A stretch of 51,739 nucleotides of DNA, filler included, from Dimargaris cristalligena (taxonomy: Eukaryota), in NCBI GenBank assembly GCA_003614675.1. It is 3 parts of 3 records of this genome, joined end to end, with 100 filler letters (N's around TTAATTAATTAA, not from the genome) between each part and the next. Parts side by side here need not be neighbours in the genome. Positions count along the whole stretch, not along the records: positions 34,583 to 51,739 come from ML002818.1; 2 more parts are not named here. One strand, 5' to 3'. Below, one piece after another: positions 48,441 through 51,739 of the stretch (position 1 is its first letter; each line of letters starts with the position of its first letter). The notes under the pieces were generated by a model. That model had not been told where the DNA came from. It saw only the letters and a program-made list of their open reading frames with translations, and ran no database searches. A program made the position numbers and the translations under genes.

Positions 48441-49436
48441 TCAATTGGTAATTATCGTATCTCCTTGGCTGCCGGTGGTTGGGTTATTGGACGGCGAAGC
48501 CGAGGCCGAGGTCACCCGGGAGGCAGGGGAGGATCGGGCGGATGTCAGGGGCCCTCCTCGGGTGGCGGTCGTGCGATTACTACCTGGGCTGCCCGCGGCA
48601 CTTGACCTAGTGCTGTTACTCCGACTGCTACTGCCGCTGCTTGTTCGGGCGCTGCTTGTAGAACGCGGGGGTTCAGACGGATTGGAAAGGGGTCGAGCGG
48701 GGGGTTCGGCTAGCTGCGGAAGCTGGTACTCGGGGTGCCGTGCTACGAGACTCATGTAATACTGCTGTAATACCTCAAAAGGGGCGGTGACCCTCCATCG
48801 TAAATAATTGAGTAATTCAATTTCGAGGCTATTCATTTCCTGGATACTGACTCCCCCCACCCGGGCGTAGTGAGTATTGGTACAATAATAGTCGCAAATG
48901 GCCTTGGCCGAAATGGTGACTGCTGTAATAAGGAAGCGGTGTACGGTAAGGGATGAAATGTGGAACACTGGCATAGTACCTGGGGTGGAGTCATCCGCAG
49001 GCCGAACGGCCGGGTGGCCGTCGTCGTCCGTAGACCCGGTCTCGCCAATTGGTCGAGGGGGATCCGGCAGGGGAGGCGCCGATGTGGACGCCCAGTCAAT
49101 ATACACAAGAATAAGCAGGAGGCACGAGTTTTCTAGCCGAGTGTACCGCACAATCCGAGTCAAGTAATCGACTACCGAGATGTTGGGGGCAGTCCGTGAG
49201 TGAAACCGGGTGAGGTGATCTCGTTCAAATGGAATGCGATCATTAACGGCGATGAGTTGATCGAGCATACCGGCCACGAGCCGAATCAGATCAGTTGAAT
49301 TGATTTCGTAATAATTAGAAGCCAGGGTGCGTACGGGTGGGCCTAGGGTGGGTGGGACGGTTCGGGAGGAGGAGGTTGGCTGGGGTGGTGGGGGGTTGTC
49401 AGAGACCGACGATGCTGACCCATGTTTCGGAGGCAT
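48441..49436 (-). CDS. PHO80: Pho80/PREG-like (Pcl family) cyclin, single exon, 331 aa
   Basis: LTRFHSRTAPNISVVDYLTRIVRY, LLLILVYID, FHISSLTVHRFLITAVTISAKAICDYYCTNTHYARVGGVSIQEMNSLEIELL. Confidence 0.85.
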   Translation of the reverse strand: MPPKHGSASSVSDNPPPPQPTSSSRTVPPTLGPPVRTLASNYYEINSTDLIRLVAGMLDQLIAVNDRIPFERDHLTRFHSRTAPNISVVDYLTRIVRYTRLENSCLLLILVYIDWASTSAPPLPDPPRPIGETGSTDDDGHPAVRPADDSTPGTMPVFHISSLTVHRFLITAVTISAKAICDYYCTNTHYARVGGVSIQEMNSLEIELLNYLRWRVTAPFEVLQQYYMSLVARHPEYQLPQLAEPPARPLSNPSEPPRSTSSARTSSGSSSRSNSTRSSAAGSPGSNRTTATRGGPLTSARSSPASRVTSASASPSNNPTTGSQGDTIITN

Positions 49437-50259
49437 TTTATATCAAACCCATCGGTGGCGAATCGCTAGGGCGACGTCGGAATAGGCCAATGGATATTTG
49501 AATAAACGGAGAATGCTAAACCAAAAATAAATGTAGGAGGGGGATGTAACAATCTCGATTCCGAGGATTTGTGGTCCGGCAAGCCTTATCGAACCGCGAT
49601 GATTGGGAAAATCTATATAAGAGGGTAAGAATGACCCAGGGAAGAATATGTAAATGGAGTTAGAGAGGGCACGTGCGAGAACGAACACATATAAATAAAG
49701 ACTGCCGCGCAATATGTACGTGGTCTGTGGTCAGACTATCGACCGCAGAGAGTAGACCAAGAAGGAAGTAGAAAATTGATTTCGGCAAGCAGAGAGGGGA
49801 ATCAAGTCAACTAAAGTAGAAAGTAGGGAAGAAGTCGAAGGAAGTTGAGTAGAAACGAACGGTCCATTTCTCTTGTATTGTGCGGCATACTGCCCATTAG
49901 ACCCGCCTGTGACACTTGAGCATTGTTGCCACCCAACGCCAATTTTTCTGAAGCCTTTTTTTCCCATATCATTTAATTTGGCTCTATCCAGTTTTTATTT
50001 AATTTACTAGGGTAATTTGCCGGAAATACTTGCCACCCAAAGATATTTATTTATATTCAGTGGGGTTGCTTTTTATTAGTCACATTCAACTTTTATTATC
50101 TGTACAGAGGACCCTTTATTATTATATCCACATGGTCAACTGATACCCTATTTCAGCCGAAATACTCACCACATTACTATAGGTCAAAACTGAAGGGTTA
50201 GATTGCCATTGTTTTTAGATATCCTAAGTTTACAGTTGCTTTTTGCCAATTAAGCCAGG

Positions 50260-50720
50260 TTACAGTAACTGTAACATCCCAAATGCTGAATTGAAGAGTA
50301 ACAAAAGGGGATTTCTATGAGTTCACCATTCCAAAAGATTTACTGATATTATAGGTATTCAGAAGACCAACTTTGTTAAAGAAAACACATATTTATGCTG
50401 GCATTGGGAATACTTATATCATTATAAACTCAGCAAAGATCTGCTAGTTTCCAGAATGCTGAAATCAACCTAAGAATACCTCAATTGTTAAGGAATGATG
50501 TGGCAGCACTTAATGTAATGCTAGAATATAACTGATACCTTTAGATCAACACTGGCTAGAACAGTGACAACCACTTTGGGGGACTAAAATCTCAGGACCA
50601 AAAACTTGTGCTTGGCAGGCACTGTTCTTGTCTGGCCTTCAGACAGGGATACACTGGGTTCCCTGGGATCACACTTGGATCCCTAATGACACATGGCAGA
50701 TTGATCACAAAGAATGAACT
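50260..50720 (+). mobile_element. Possible decayed LINE (non-LTR) APE-endonuclease remnant within a CpG-depleted block
   Basis: DIIGIQKT (50345) and TTLGD*N (50570) are in one frame, and HTW...QIDH is in a shifted frame. They resemble the APE motifs DIIxLQET, GDFN and TW...RIDY. Many stops; weak. Confidence 0.3.
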
Positions 50721-51266
50721 TAGGGTAAGTGGTGATTTGGGTAAGATAAACCCAGGTATTTATAAAACTAATAATAGGTAGTGTGGCATAACATGCTCAT
50801 CTCTATTGAGGGTATGCATCCAGGACACTTAAATCAAAATAAGGAATAGGGAAAACACAGCTATAGTGACCTAGTGCTGCCCAGGGCCCAATATTGCCAA
50901 TGGACAAAGGCAGGTGTCACTATGGTACCAGAATCCACAGTCTAGTAGCAAATGATATTCAAGGACATCAGCTAGGATAATATGATATATATGAAAAATA
51001 CTCATAATGGTAGCTATGGGGAATAAGAGCTGGGGATATACCCAAACCTCCCATAACTTGGAAAGAACAATCCAATATAATAAAGAATAGTGGGAGAGAT
51101 GTGGTTAAGGTTAGTACTGACCCTCACATATTGTAGCCTCCCAACAATAAATGGAAGTTGACTAGCTGATGAAACACCATTCCTCCAGCTTGCCAATAGG
51201 CTAAATTAAAGGATGCACTTAAAAAATAGTGGGGTTGGTTACACTTTTAAGTCTTAAAGAGGGCTG

Positions 51267-51560
51267 TGTTGGCCCTTCTAATCCAGCTTAATCTGGATAT
51301 AACAATCAACTGACCTTTTGAGGCCTTATAGTGCTGTATTAACCTTCCCATAGTCACCCCTGGTACTATGGGATCATCCTATATGATATAATTCTCCCCT
51401 TTCTGGACTCCAGGGTTCCCATTAATCACTCCCGGGCTGATCTAGCAACTCTTCCAGTTCCCAGCAGAGTCTTCCACATCCTTATATCTGTCCAGTTAGC
51501 TATTTATCCCATTAGTAGTCCTAGTAGTATCTTCCTTTGGGGACCTCCCTTTGGAGCCAT
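51267..51560 (+). mobile_element. Family B LTR-like copy (starts TGTTGGCC), interrupted at 51561 by family A
   Basis: Inverted homology to about 32970-33269. Preceded by purine-rich aaagaggg (possible polypurine tract). Confidence 0.7.
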
Positions 51561-51739
51561 TGTCACAGAGTGGTGGTGTCAAGCCATAAATAGAACAACA
51601 AAAATATATTAAAAGGGTAGGGTGGGTTCTCCAGGTAAACTGGCTTATTACTCAAATGAAAAATATATTAATAAAACTAACTGCATAAAGTTTTTAACTA
51701 AAGTAATCCAATATGAAAAATACTTATTTGGAAGCTCAA
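51561..51739 (+). mobile_element. Repeat family A, copy 2 (TGTCACAG...), running off the window end
   Basis: Direct homology to 32404-32581. Confidence 0.75.

Noticed and set aside
1-51739. CRISPR arrays, rRNA or tRNA genes, prokaryotic operons or defence systems
   Set aside because: None seen. The sequence is eukaryotic with spliceosomal introns and has no regularly spaced repeat-spacer pattern.

Overview
Eukaryotic genomic DNA with GT-AG introns, most consistent with a fungus. An early-diverging lineage (Zoopagomycota or Mucoromycota type) is inferred from the gene content and not proven. There are two 100-bp assembly gaps. Conserved genes, with exon models built by hand: PP1 catalytic subunit (first exon only), phosphopantothenate-cysteine ligase (CAB2/PPCS), QCR2, a Ras2-type GTPase, a bHLH-Zip transcription factor, a mitochondrial PPR protein, a NOL1/NOP2/Sun m5C RNA methyltransferase running into a gap, a PRCC-like protein, a mitochondrial carrier, a typical 2-Cys peroxiredoxin with a presequence, and a Pho80-like cyclin. 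Accessory content: four small orphan secreted proteins, a small stand-alone protein with an Rsc1/Rsc2-like C-terminal motif, a dead Tc1 (DD34E) element, and nested LTR-like repeats. Three observations stand out. (1) The Ras gene stays in frame only with a 2-nt micro-exon (cag|AG|gtaagt, 11528-11529). (2) Repeats are almost free of CpG and differ between copies almost only by transitions, including CpA>TpA, suggesting a methylation-driven or RIP-like genome-defence process that also hit a duplicated secreted-protein gene next to an insertion. (3) One secreted precursor would release a cationic glycine-zipper peptide after Kex2 cleavage, a candidate membrane-active toxin.
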